From a virus, in the IMG/VR virus record IMGVR_UViG_3300008116_000011, positions 96,001 through 160,000 of that record: a DNA stretch of 64,000 bases; one strand, given 5' to 3'. Made by a program: the position numbers and the translations under genes. The notes beneath the pieces were generated by a model. It did no database searches. It was given only the letters and a program-made list of their open reading frames with translations, and was not told the origin of the DNA. Position 1 is the first letter of the stretch, and every line of letters begins with the position of its first letter. Of this stretch, positions 8,014-17,635 are shown in pieces.

Positions 8014-8162
8014 GAGTATCTTTTAAAGGATACTCAAACCTGCCTTGCGACAGTTTATTCGAGTTGTCTGCTCTAGATAGCTATAAAAACCGATTTGGTC
8101 GGTAAGGATTGATCTATCTAGTCCCTTTGTTGTTTGCTTAGTGCGTATATAAATATATAATA

Positions 8163-8516
8163 TTATCCAAAAACAGCTACTCCTACTACAGTTCCTATAG
8201 AAGCACAAATTACAAATACTATTTGGTCTACTCTAGTTCCGTAAGTTACCCTTTGCACATTTAATGCAAATGAAATCCAGAAAAAGAAAGCTACAAAAAA
8301 TAGACCAATATCTGCTTGCATTGTTTCATTAGCCCATCTAGCACTAATATTACTTCTCATAAATGCATGAATAAATGCTGACATAAATGCTACTACAAAT
8401 GTAATAGGATTATAACTATTTACTTTAAGATACTCAGTAAATAATGATTTATTACCTTGTGTTAGTATCTTTTTTGCTTTTGGCTTTTTTCGAGGTTGTA
8501 ATTGATTATTTTCCAT
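8163..8516 (-). CDS. Three-TM membrane protein
   Basis: Three hydrophobic segments; overlaps the queC stop. Start at 8516 or 8522 is uncertain. Confidence 0.6.
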   Translation of the reverse strand: MENNQLQPRKKPKAKKILTQGNKSLFTEYLKVNSYNPITFVVAFMSAFIHAFMRSNISARWANETMQADIGLFFVAFFFWISFALNVQRVTYGTRVDQIVFVICASIGTVVGVAVFG

Positions 8517-9333
8517 ATTCATTTAAAACTTTTTCTACGTGTGCTTTAGCTACTTCCCAAGATACAGGACCTGTTTCATCAGCATACTCTACAGAATCCG
8601 GACGACCCAATTTGATAAATGCTTCAATACGTTCTACTGATGCTGCTGATTTGTAGTCAGAATACCATTTACCTTCAAAATCAGACCATGGATGTTTAAT
8701 AAAGATTGGTTTATAAGATGTATTAGTACGTTTATACACTTCATTAAAATCTAAACCTAATATTTCACAAGCTTTTAAACCATCTTCTAAAATATCAAAT
8801 TTATTCATTTCAAGATATGGAGTATAATGTGATATTCTTTCAGCATCCCAATTACCAATCATAAACGCTTCAAAATCAGCATCACGGAATTCTTGTCTAC
8901 AATCAGGATAAATTGCATGGTCACCAGCATGAATACCCATTGCAATAGCACATTCAGTACTATGTTTAGTTGCTATAGATAATGCTACTGCTTGTATAAG
9001 TGAAGCAAAAATTTTATTACGATTAGGAACAACAGTATCTTTCATGTTGTCTTGTTCGTAATGTCCTTCAGGTACATCCCACCCACCTTCAACTAATGCT
9101 GAGTTGAGTAGTTGAGATAGGCCATCAATTTTGATTATTTGGTGTTTTACTTTGTAAACTAGTCTAGTGTTTACATATTCAACTAATGAAGTTGCTCGTT
9201 CAAGTTCTACTCTATGTTTTTGACCATAATCAAAAGATAGAGCTGTTACTTGATAACCATTTGCTAATAGGTGGAGGAGTAAAGTTGATGAATCCATTCC
9301 ACCTGACAGTGATAATACTGCTTGTTTTTTCAT
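8506..9333 (-). CDS. queC: 7-cyano-7-deazaguanine synthase
   Basis: SGGMDS, FDYGQKH, VPNRN, HAGDHAIYPDCR. C-terminal Zn cysteines are absent. Confidence 0.92.
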   Translation of the reverse strand: MKKQAVLSLSGGMDSSTLLLHLLANGYQVTALSFDYGQKHRVELERATSLVEYVNTRLVYKVKHQIIKIDGLSQLLNSALVEGGWDVPEGHYEQDNMKDTVVPNRNKIFASLIQAVALSIATKHSTECAIAMGIHAGDHAIYPDCRQEFRDADFEAFMIGNWDAERISHYTPYLEMNKFDILEDGLKACEILGLDFNEVYKRTNTSYKPIFIKHPWSDFEGKWYSDYKSAASVERIEAFIKLGRPDSVEYADETGPVSWEVAKAHVEKVLNEYGK

Positions 9334-9376
9334 TTAAAATAATTGTTAAAATTTAGGCGGTATTTTAACGTTTAGC

Positions 9377-10168
9377 CTATTTAATAAACGATTTAAACTT
9401 TTGTACGTTGAATTTAATATCATCTAATTGGGTATCCAAATTCTTTTCAAAATAATGTTCGAGCTTATCTTTAGGTTTAAAGGTAATTCCACTATTAGAA
9501 TATCTTACTCCTTCAGCTCCAACTAGAATTGGATTTGATGTATCACATGAATTAACAAATTTCCAATCACTATAAGCCATAAATTCTTGAGGCAAAGAGC
9601 AACCAAGCAAATGGTGATAGCAGCTTGTATCTATAATATTTTTTTCTACTAATCGCCTAATAAATTCCATTCTACCATACATTTGGGCTTTTAGTATAGG
9701 CATTTCACCTGGATATTCTTTTTGGTATGCTGCACTGGAGTGGTTGAGTGCAATGTATTTGTATCCTAAATCAATTAATGTTTGATATGTAATTATTAAT
9801 TCACCCATATCTTTACCTTGGCATACAGCCATTAATTCAACATCTAATTCTCTCAGTTTTTCTCCATAGTTATTCATCCAATGTTTAGCATTTCTAAGAG
9901 TAGTAATGCTATCATTCCAAGCATCAGGAACAATGAATATATTTGGTTGTAGTAATTCGATTTTTGAAAGTAAATCTTCTGTTGTATGTGTTACTCCTTC
10001 AAATAATCCATTATCCATAATAATGAATCGTTTATCTTTTTTAGATTTTTGAAAGAATAAATTATACTGTTGTGATTGATCTAACAAATGAGGGAGGCAG
10101 TAATCATAGTCATTCCACTCATAAGCATATTGTAGTAGACTAAGAGGTAATTCGTGTGATACTTTCAT
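9377..10168 (-). CDS. TGT-fold DNA-guanine transglycosylase (DpdA-like)
   Basis: MDNGLFE (cf. DSG), IVPD, AVCQG, HHLLG, SCDTS motifs; between queD and queC. Subfamily not determinable by eye. Confidence 0.7.
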   Translation of the reverse strand: MKVSHELPLSLLQYAYEWNDYDYCLPHLLDQSQQYNLFFQKSKKDKRFIIMDNGLFEGVTHTTEDLLSKIELLQPNIFIVPDAWNDSITTLRNAKHWMNNYGEKLRELDVELMAVCQGKDMGELIITYQTLIDLGYKYIALNHSSAAYQKEYPGEMPILKAQMYGRMEFIRRLVEKNIIDTSCYHHLLGCSLPQEFMAYSDWKFVNSCDTSNPILVGAEGVRYSNSGITFKPKDKLEHYFEKNLDTQLDDIKFNVQKFKSFIK

Positions 10169-10175
10169 ATAGCTA

Positions 10176-10454
10176 TTAAAATATTTTATTATTATTTTCC
10201 TCCTCAGCCATTCTAAAACTATCTTCCATTAATTGAGTATTAATATCGGTAAAATCAGTATCAATGAATATTTTTTCAGCTTCGAAATATTCATTCAAAA
10301 ATTCTTCAGGATATAAAAGTACTTCCCCTGTATATTTTGGGTTTGAAACAAAACGTTTTTCTGGGGTAATGTTTTTTAACTTAGCATAGCCTGCTACTCG
10401 TTTACCCAATGCAGGGCCAGCAGCATATCCTAAATAATCATAAAGCGAAACCAT
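10176..10454 (-). CDS. Hypothetical protein
   Basis: ORF in operon; no recognised motif. Confidence 0.6.
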   Translation of the reverse strand: MVSLYDYLGYAAGPALGKRVAGYAKLKNITPEKRFVSNPKYTGEVLLYPEEFLNEYFEAEKIFIDTDFTDINTQLMEDSFRMAEEENNNKIF

Positions 10455-10466
10455 AATTATATGTTT

Positions 10467-10709
10467 TTAACTTAGTAATTGAATATAATAACTTTTTGGT
10501 TGGGGACCTACCTTTCTTTCAGTTTCCTTTCCATTAACTAATAAAATAGTTGTTGGAATAGAAGTAATTCCATATTCACGAGCAATTTCAGGTTGATTGT
10601 CTATATTAATTTTTTTAATAGGATATTGTGTTGATAATTCATCTAAAATAGGACCTAGTGCTCTACAAGGACCACACCAGGGTGCAGAAAAGTAAAGTAA
10701 TTGTTTCAT
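10467..10709 (-). CDS. trxA: Thioredoxin
   Basis: WCGPC active site; SIPT cis-Pro motif. Confidence 0.95.
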   Translation of the reverse strand: MKQLLYFSAPWCGPCRALGPILDELSTQYPIKKINIDNQPEIAREYGITSIPTTILLVNGKETERKVGPQPKSYYIQLLS

Positions 10710-10918
10710 TGGTATCGTTTTAGTTTTCTTTTTAATTTATCAATTTGTATTTGGCAGTACCATTTTCCCATATTACTAGAGGCTTCATCATACTTTTTCT
10801 GCCATTTATCAATTTTTTTATAAATAGAAGCGTTTGCATTATTAAGAATGTCTATATCATAATAGCTATTATTTTCCAACATAGCTTCTTCCCATTCTTC
10901 TTTTTTAGTTTTACTCAT
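10706..10918 (-). CDS. Hypothetical protein
   Basis: Likely start MSKTKK (10918), overlapping the queD stop. Confidence 0.55.
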   Translation of the reverse strand: MSKTKKEEWEEAMLENNSYYDIDILNNANASIYKKIDKWQKKYDEASSNMGKWYCQIQIDKLKRKLKRYQ

Positions 10919-11372
10919 ATATAGCAGTATTTTTGTTATGCTCCATAAATTCAACACGTGCTACCTTAACTCGTCCATTTGTTTCCTCCTGGATAAATGT
11001 ATTTAGTTTTTCAAATATATATTTTGCAAATTGTTCAGCACCAACAGCAGGAATAACTCTAATTTGAGCAGCGCCTACTTTATCCATTTCAAGGAATGCA
11101 GGTAAAAACGGATCATCTTCGGCTATAATAGTAGTGTGATCAAACATGTAATCCATCCATGCTTTAGGATTCTTACCATCAATAGTACCTTTAGCACGTT
11201 TCATACCTCCAAAATCCCAAACCCAATTACGTTCATCAAGTTCACCTTCGAACCATACTCTAAACGATACTCCATAACCATGGATATATTTGCAGTGTGT
11301 ACCTTCGGCTCTCCATTGTCTAAAAACACAACTAAAACCGTCAAATAACTTTGTTGATTGAAACTTTGGCAT
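10911..11372 (-). CDS. queD: 6-carboxy-5,6,7,8-tetrahydropterin synthase
   Basis: HCKYIHGY, DFGG, FDH, AEQFA motifs. Confidence 0.88.
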   Translation of the reverse strand: MPKFQSTKLFDGFSCVFRQWRAEGTHCKYIHGYGVSFRVWFEGELDERNWVWDFGGMKRAKGTIDGKNPKAWMDYMFDHTTIIAEDDPFLPAFLEMDKVGAAQIRVIPAVGAEQFAKYIFEKLNTFIQEETNGRVKVARVEFMEHNKNTAIYE

Positions 11373-11377
11373 AACGT

Positions 11378-11554
11378 TTAATTTTCTTTATTATCTAAAT
11401 TTATTATTTTAGTATCTATATTGTTAAGTATATCAAGTAAATAATCTATATCTTTTTGTTCTAATTGTCCTCCATTAGATTTTTCGTATAATTTTTTAAC
11501 CTCATCTTCCATATTGGACATAAATGAAGATAAATCTAAAAGTTCGTTTTCCAT
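11378..11554 (-). CDS. Hypothetical protein (58 aa, not in ORF track)
   Basis: MENELLDLSSFMSNMEDEVKKLYEKSNGGQLEQKDIDYLLDILNNIDTKIINLDNKEN; fills the gap and follows a promoter. Confidence 0.55.
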   Translation of the reverse strand: MENELLDLSSFMSNMEDEVKKLYEKSNGGQLEQKDIDYLLDILNNIDTKIINLDNKEN

Positions 11555-11559
11555 ATATA

Positions 11560-11758
<199 letters not shown>

Positions 11759-12184
11759 TTATTTTAATTTGTAAATATCACGTATTTTATCTTTTAAATG
11801 ATTTTTCATAAAGTCTTCTACTTCTTCAAATGTATCAAATTGATAATAGTAGGTTCTATGACCTAAAGGATCCCAATCTCCATCATCTTCATATTTTTCA
11901 AGAGGATCTTTTGTCCATAAACCGGCTCCCAACCAATCTACATATTCTTCTAAATCTCCAGAAGCTACATATTTTTTAGGGGTTGGATAATTTCCAATGT
12001 CTATGTATTCTTCTTTTTTTGGGTCAAAATAAAGTAATTGAACAAATACTCCATTTATATAATCTTCATCATCTTCTATTATTTCTCCATCTTCTATTGT
12101 TACTTGAAAATCATATAAATCTTCTAGTTTATTATTGCTAAGAACGTATGTTGTTTCGTTTAATATGTCTATTAGCTTTATCAT
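11759..12184 (-). CDS. Acidic hypothetical protein with MIKLIDILNE leader (candidate head-internal protein)
   Basis: Leader shared with 54481-54891 and 40964-41296; own TATTTATA motif at 12188-12195. Confidence 0.65.
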   Translation of the reverse strand: MIKLIDILNETTYVLSNNKLEDLYDFQVTIEDGEIIEDDEDYINGVFVQLLYFDPKKEEYIDIGNYPTPKKYVASGDLEEYVDWLGAGLWTKDPLEKYEDDGDWDPLGHRTYYYQFDTFEEVEDFMKNHLKDKIRDIYKLK

Positions 12185-12195
12185 ATATATAAATA

Positions 12196-14067
12196 CTAAA
12201 CTATTTCACAGGCACCACCAGCACACGCTGCTTGATCCATCAAGGCAGTTTCATCGCTAAATTCTACTACTTTAGATAAATCAATTGAGTGAAGGTGTTG
12301 AGCCATTTCTTCAAATTGTTCTTTAGTAATATCTTCGAATGGTGCTTGAATGTAGCTACCTCCAAAATAAGGTAATACTGATAAGCCATTAAATGTTTCT
12401 TTGTATTTCCACATCCATTCACCTACTTCTTTCCATTCATTTTCTTTAATTGAAATAGTAGCGGATACGTTATTTGTATTTGCTCCTCTTCTATGGCCTT
12501 TTCTAACCCATTCTACATTGAATTTACGAACACGTTCTAACAAGTCAATAGCTGATTCTGTTCTTAAAATAGCGCCTTCTGGTGCTTTTTGAGGTACTGA
12601 AATTACAGCTTGGATTGTTGGTTTAAAGTATTCATCTTCTACTAGTTCAGGATGATGAACAGCCAAGTGAGTATATAGTGCTTCATTTTTACCTACTCTC
12701 ATTCGGCGAACATAATAATCGTTATGCCATGCATGAATACCACTTGAAGTACCTAATACTAATGATGAAGTACCAGATGGTTTAATTGTAGTAACACGAG
12801 CTGCTGTGTTAATATTTAAAATTTCAGCTACACGAGCATTTTCTACTTTAGCAATTTCAGCTGCTTCTTTTAAGTTATACTTTAATACAGCACCAGAACC
12901 AATACCTGTTTGACCAACACCAATTAAAGCGTCTTTTTCAGTTGTTTTACGCCATACATCTCTCAAGTAATGGAAATCAGTGTATGATGCTTGTAATGTA
13001 CCAATAAAGGCAGCAGCACGAGCTCTTTCATTTAGATCTTCTTGTGATTCAACATCTGAAACGTTTAATTCACATAAGTTACAGAATTGGTAAGGGCGAA
13101 GAGCAATTTCGCAACATGGGTTTGTACCCCAATCCTTATCGTTTGAAAAATAAATACCGGGTTCACCACTGCCGCTCATTTCAATTTTTTTCCACAGCTT
13201 AAAGAATTCTTCTTCTGTGATTTTGTGGCGTAACACAACGGCAGAATTGTTAGCGCGACCACGTTGAGGATTTTCTTCCCACCAATTTCCAAATTTACAC
13301 GTCAACATATCTTCATCGTTTAAATTAAACAATGAAATCAATGCTGCTCTTCTAATACCACCTGATAATACTGCATCTGCAATATGACAAATAATATCAT
13401 GTGCTTCAAGTGAAGTTACTTTATCGCCATTTTGCTTGCGATCAAATATCTTCTGAATTTGGAATAGACATTCTTTTAATGGCTCAGGACCAGGTGCTTT
13501 GCCACCTGCAGTAATTAAACGAGCCCCTTTAGGACGAATATCTCTAAAGTCAAATAATGGAAGTGGAGATCCAGTAAAATATGCTTTAACTAGTATTTTA
13601 ACTGAGTCAGCCCATCCTTCAATGCTATCACTTACTAGATAGCGTTTATGTTTGGTAGGAATTTTAATTTCAGGAAGTTGTTCAATGTGGTGTTGTTGTA
13701 CACTAAATCCTACTCCACAACCACTTAACAATAAAAACATTGTTTCGCTAAATGAACGATAATCATCTACAGGTAAATAAGCACAATTGTAAATACGTGC
13801 ATTATTAATTTCAATTGGTTTACCAGCAAATTGTAATGAACGCATTGATGGTAAAATCTTTTTTGCATATACTAATTCATATGCTTTTTCAATTTCATCT
13901 TTTAAATTTGGAAACTTAGATATATGCATATCCTTATTTCTCGTAACTATTTCGTCCCATGTTTCTCTCCTTTCTAATTCAGGAATATACTTTGCGTACT
14001 TGTTATAAACTGTAATGTCAGAGAGAATGCTCACCGAAGGATGAACGTCATGTTTTCCTTTGTCCAT
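12196..14067 (-). CDS. nrdJ: Class II (B12-dependent) ribonucleotide reductase
   Basis: YNCAY, TNPCCEI, FCNLCE, TTIKPSGT, C-terminal ACAGGACEI; no beta subunit nearby. Confidence 0.9.
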   Translation of the reverse strand: MDKGKHDVHPSVSILSDITVYNKYAKYIPELERRETWDEIVTRNKDMHISKFPNLKDEIEKAYELVYAKKILPSMRSLQFAGKPIEINNARIYNCAYLPVDDYRSFSETMFLLLSGCGVGFSVQQHHIEQLPEIKIPTKHKRYLVSDSIEGWADSVKILVKAYFTGSPLPLFDFRDIRPKGARLITAGGKAPGPEPLKECLFQIQKIFDRKQNGDKVTSLEAHDIICHIADAVLSGGIRRAALISLFNLNDEDMLTCKFGNWWEENPQRGRANNSAVVLRHKITEEEFFKLWKKIEMSGSGEPGIYFSNDKDWGTNPCCEIALRPYQFCNLCELNVSDVESQEDLNERARAAAFIGTLQASYTDFHYLRDVWRKTTEKDALIGVGQTGIGSGAVLKYNLKEAAEIAKVENARVAEILNINTAARVTTIKPSGTSSLVLGTSSGIHAWHNDYYVRRMRVGKNEALYTHLAVHHPELVEDEYFKPTIQAVISVPQKAPEGAILRTESAIDLLERVRKFNVEWVRKGHRRGANTNNVSATISIKENEWKEVGEWMWKYKETFNGLSVLPYFGGSYIQAPFEDITKEQFEEMAQHLHSIDLSKVVEFSDETALMDQAACAGGACEIV

Positions 14068-14131
14068 AGCTGGTTCAGATTTTATGTTTTGTAATTCTTA
14101 AAGTGTGCCAATAAATACAATATATACAACA

Positions 14132-15499
14132 TTAGGATGAACTAAGAATAAAGTTTTTCAGGAAATCCTTCTCATCTCTATCTAAAGTATTGTAATCAGT
14201 AGGTTTTTTAGATACTCCATTAGTCGGTTCTTCTATATCTAGAAAATCCTCGTATATATCTATATGTCCTGTTGAAGTATCTATTTTAGAGGCAAATGTC
14301 ATACCATCGGCACCTAATCTGTTCTTCATAATATGCCAACGTCCCGTACCTTCTAATTTGTCTTTTCTATTACGTGCTAATGATACCACTATATCCCCAA
14401 TCATCAATTTAGAATAAGAACCTGCTATATTATCTCCTTCAATAATATCACTTTTAGCACCTGTTCTATTTGCTTGTGAAGGTGTTACAATAGGTAATCC
14501 TAATTCACGAGCTAATCCTCGAACACTAGTGTATATATCTTCTGTTCCTTCTAATCTATCACGAGCTGTGTTTTTAAGCAAGTCGATATAATCAATAAAG
14601 ATGATATCTGGTATAAATTCATATTGAGTTTTAAGTTGTTCAATATGTTGTTCAATATTGTCTAGTGTAGTTTTTCCTGATGCAAATTCTTTAATTTTAA
14701 TTTTACCAGGTAAATTTTCTACTATTTGTTCAATTTCAGCTCTATGTTTTGTAATTTGATCTACAGGTACATTTAGAATGTTTGCGTCAATACGTCTTGC
14801 AACATATGTTTCACTTAATTCAAGTGTATAATACAATACATTATATCCTAATTTAGCAGCATGAGCAGCCATTGCAATAATAGCCCACGATTTACCTCCA
14901 CCAGGATTACCAAATACAATACCTAATTCACCTTTACCAATACCTCCTTGTGTAATATTATTAAATGTATCCCAAGGAAATGGAATAGGTCCTCTATTAT
15001 CTTCACGATAACGAGTTTCAACATCTTTTTCATATTCATGTCCTATTGATCTTACTTCACCTATTTTAAGTGCGTTAAGAATAATTTGACGAATAGAATC
15101 AAAATCATTTGTAACAAGCAAATCTGCTGATGTTACAATTGCTTTTTTCATTTGTTGGTTTTTACAAAAACCTAAAAATTCATCTTTAATGTATTGGATA
15201 TCTGTTTGTTCTGATTCACGATATGCTTGTACTAGCTGTTCTTTAATAGCAATTTTAAGTACATCGTTATCTATTTTTTGCACTTCAACTTTAATAGCAT
15301 CCATTGACGGAACAGTGTGATACTTATTAAAATATTTAAGTATTTCTTTGATAATCCATTGATGAGACGTGTTTTCAAAGTATTCATCGCTTAATGATTC
15401 AGAAATAGTAATTAAAAAATCTCGATCTGTCAGCAAGGCACCCATTACTTTTGTTTGGAAAGTAGGTCCGTACTGAGATAATTTACTCAGAGTTGTCAT
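14132..15499 (-). CDS. DnaB/gp41-type replicative helicase
   Basis: GNPGGGKS Walker A, TLEL, IDYIDL, SQANR, KNRLG. Confidence 0.9.
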   Translation of the reverse strand: MTTLSKLSQYGPTFQTKVMGALLTDRDFLITISESLSDEYFENTSHQWIIKEILKYFNKYHTVPSMDAIKVEVQKIDNDVLKIAIKEQLVQAYRESEQTDIQYIKDEFLGFCKNQQMKKAIVTSADLLVTNDFDSIRQIILNALKIGEVRSIGHEYEKDVETRYREDNRGPIPFPWDTFNNITQGGIGKGELGIVFGNPGGGKSWAIIAMAAHAAKLGYNVLYYTLELSETYVARRIDANILNVPVDQITKHRAEIEQIVENLPGKIKIKEFASGKTTLDNIEQHIEQLKTQYEFIPDIIFIDYIDLLKNTARDRLEGTEDIYTSVRGLARELGLPIVTPSQANRTGAKSDIIEGDNIAGSYSKLMIGDIVVSLARNRKDKLEGTGRWHIMKNRLGADGMTFASKIDTSTGHIDIYEDFLDIEEPTNGVSKKPTDYNTLDRDEKDFLKNFILSSS

Positions 15500-15517
15500 A
15501 CGTAACTTTTATTTTTG

Positions 15518-15549
15518 TAAATATACTATTTTAAAATAAGGGATCCAAA
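15518..15549 (-). promoter_or_regulatory. Promoter TTTGG-N19-TATATTTA (helicase)
   Basis: Exact motif and spacing. Confidence 0.7.
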
Positions 15550-16551
15550 AGTTTCTACTAACCATCCTTGGGTGTTACCAATAGAATTTTTTAGACCATC
15601 AGTCTCATAAAGCATTAAAAAACCACCTATATTTAAATTATTTATATCCTCATTTAGTGATTCAAATATAACCTGTTGATCAGGTTGAGAAATATTAGGT
15701 GATCTAAGATTCATCAATTGATAATTAATATCTAGTTGATGTTTAAAATCTAAAACACTACCATATAAAGCATTAACGTCAATATTATCTTGACATACTT
15801 CATATATTTCTCTTAAAGTATATTCAATATCATCACTTAGAGCAAATAATTTTACTGCTTTTTTAGGTCCTATTCCTTTTACTCCTGGAAGATTATCTGA
15901 TTGATCTCCCATTAGTGTTTTGTAAAGTAAAAAATTATTAGGATGCACTCCAAATTCTTCAAGTACATCTTTAGTTTTATATGTTTTACGTTTAGTAGGA
16001 GAGTAAACTGATGTTTTGTCACTAATTAATTGGTAGAAGTCTTTATCAGCAGACATAATAGTAATTTCTTTACATTCTTTATCATTTTCAAAATGATTAA
16101 CAATGTATCCTATACTATCATCTGCTTCTATTTTATCAATTGAAACTAAAGTGACAGGAAGCTGTTTTAAATATTGGATAAGGCGAGTCATTTGCCCAAC
16201 CATCGCTTCGCTTTCATCGTCCTTATTTTCAAATACATCCCAATTAGTAACGCGAGTAACATTTCTATTTCCTTTGTATTGTGGATATAGGTTTTTCTTA
16301 TTATTAGTACTACCTAAACCATCAAATACTAGTACTACTCGGGTAGGACGGAAAGTTTTAATAGCGTATCCAACACTTCTTAGATATCCCACAAGACCAC
16401 CAATATGGTGGCCTGCAGGATTCATAAGGTTAACAGTAGAGAAACTACGAATAAAAGTATTCATTGAATCTACTATAAGTATTCTACTGTTACGTGTTGG
16501 TTTTTCTCCTAAGGAATTAATAATTTGGTTTAAAAACTTTTTGTCAAACAT
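15526..16551 (-). CDS. 5'-3' exonuclease / flap endonuclease (PolI N-domain, T4 RNase H-like)
   Basis: VDSMN, VFDG, YKGNR, EADD, SADKD, GDQSDNLPGVKGIGPK. Confidence 0.92.
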   Translation of the reverse strand: MFDKKFLNQIINSLGEKPTRNSRILIVDSMNTFIRSFSTVNLMNPAGHHIGGLVGYLRSVGYAIKTFRPTRVVLVFDGLGSTNNKKNLYPQYKGNRNVTRVTNWDVFENKDDESEAMVGQMTRLIQYLKQLPVTLVSIDKIEADDSIGYIVNHFENDKECKEITIMSADKDFYQLISDKTSVYSPTKRKTYKTKDVLEEFGVHPNNFLLYKTLMGDQSDNLPGVKGIGPKKAVKLFALSDDIEYTLREIYEVCQDNIDVNALYGSVLDFKHQLDINYQLMNLRSPNISQPDQQVIFESLNEDINNLNIGGFLMLYETDGLKNSIGNTQGWLVETFGSLILK

Positions 16552-17633
16552 TATTCTGGTTCTTGTTCAAATCCCACATCATGAATAAGATCATCTCTTT
16601 CCTCAACAATATCAAAATCGTTTGTACCAAGTTTTTCAAGCCACTCTGCTGAGTGTAGCTTTTTGTATTCATCAATTGCTTTTTTATCATCATCAATAAA
16701 ACCATGAGTAGTCATGATGATAGTTCCTTTTGATGAAATACCATTTACGTGGTTCTTTTCAACTTGAATTTTAGTACGTTTAGCAAATTCAACGTCTTTA
16801 CCGTTTTTGGTTGCTTTAATTTTGTTTGTACCAGCATTTGATACATTACCAAATGTAATGATAAATGTTGCATCATACCACATTGCCATTCCACCTTTAT
16901 TCATCATTTTAGGTTGAGACATTGGTGTTTCTGCCTTTGCTGTCCAAACTTTATTAACACATACTAATGTATTTGTATAGGGGTAAGATTCCTTACGTGA
17001 TAATAGGATCTTTTGGTTTACACCGTTAGAAAATTGAGTTGACATTGCACCTGCAATCCACTCATTATTATTTTTTCCTGAGTTGAGTGACATTTGGCAC
17101 GTAATACTTCCAATTGAATCCCAAAAGAATGCTAAGTCATGAGGCAGATTACCTTTCTTTTGTTCATCTAATAAATCAGAAATAAAAGATGCTACGTCTT
17201 CAACTGTATTTAGGTTGCTTCTATCAGCAAATATAAAGAAACCATTATAATCCGCTACGGCACCATTTTCATCAGGTATTTCCTCAAATTGCAGACCCAT
17301 TTCACGAGCATGCTCCCAATTCCATTTCATCTCTGTGATTAGGAATACAGGTAATACACCCATTTTTTGAGCTGCTACTGCTGCTTCTAACATTGCTGTT
17401 GTTTTGCCTGTATCCGAGTGACCACGTAACAAAGTTATGTGGCCCATCGGAATACCAGGTACAGAAGTAACATCTTGAAAAGCTTGTGATAGTGGAATCC
17501 ACTTTTGTTCTTTAAATTTAACAGCTGTAGTTAGATATTTTGCCTGTTTAAAAGCATCTAAATCAAATGACTTGCCAGGAGAACTTTTAATGGCAGAAGA
17601 TGCTGCCTCATTTAAACTTTTACCACGAGCCAT
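16551..17633 (-). CDS. RecA/UvsX-like recombinase
   Basis: GHSDTGKT Walker A, WDSIG Walker B, KGG, KNH. Confidence 0.85.
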   Translation of the reverse strand: MARGKSLNEAASSAIKSSPGKSFDLDAFKQAKYLTTAVKFKEQKWIPLSQAFQDVTSVPGIPMGHITLLRGHSDTGKTTAMLEAAVAAQKMGVLPVFLITEMKWNWEHAREMGLQFEEIPDENGAVADYNGFFIFADRSNLNTVEDVASFISDLLDEQKKGNLPHDLAFFWDSIGSITCQMSLNSGKNNNEWIAGAMSTQFSNGVNQKILLSRKESYPYTNTLVCVNKVWTAKAETPMSQPKMMNKGGMAMWYDATFIITFGNVSNAGTNKIKATKNGKDVEFAKRTKIQVEKNHVNGISSKGTIIMTTHGFIDDDKKAIDEYKKLHSAEWLEKLGTNDFDIVEERDDLIHDVGFEQEPE

Positions 17634-17635
17634 AA

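Larger units (their letters stand above)
7797..8147 (-). ncRNA. Putative ~350-nt structured non-coding RNA enclosing the tRNA-like element
   Basis: Promoter motif at 8148-8155; GC-enriched with many hairpins; ends at the 7797-7830 terminator. Confidence 0.5.

Noticed and set aside
7797-8147. tmRNA, RNase P RNA or preQ1 riboswitch
   Set aside because: No G3-U70 Ala acceptor or tag ORF, no RNase P P4 consensus, and no preQ1 aptamer consensus recognisable by eye.
8023-8208. 61-aa minus ORF in the track
   Set aside because: Overlaps the upstream gene end, a promoter and the hairpin-rich region; more likely non-coding.
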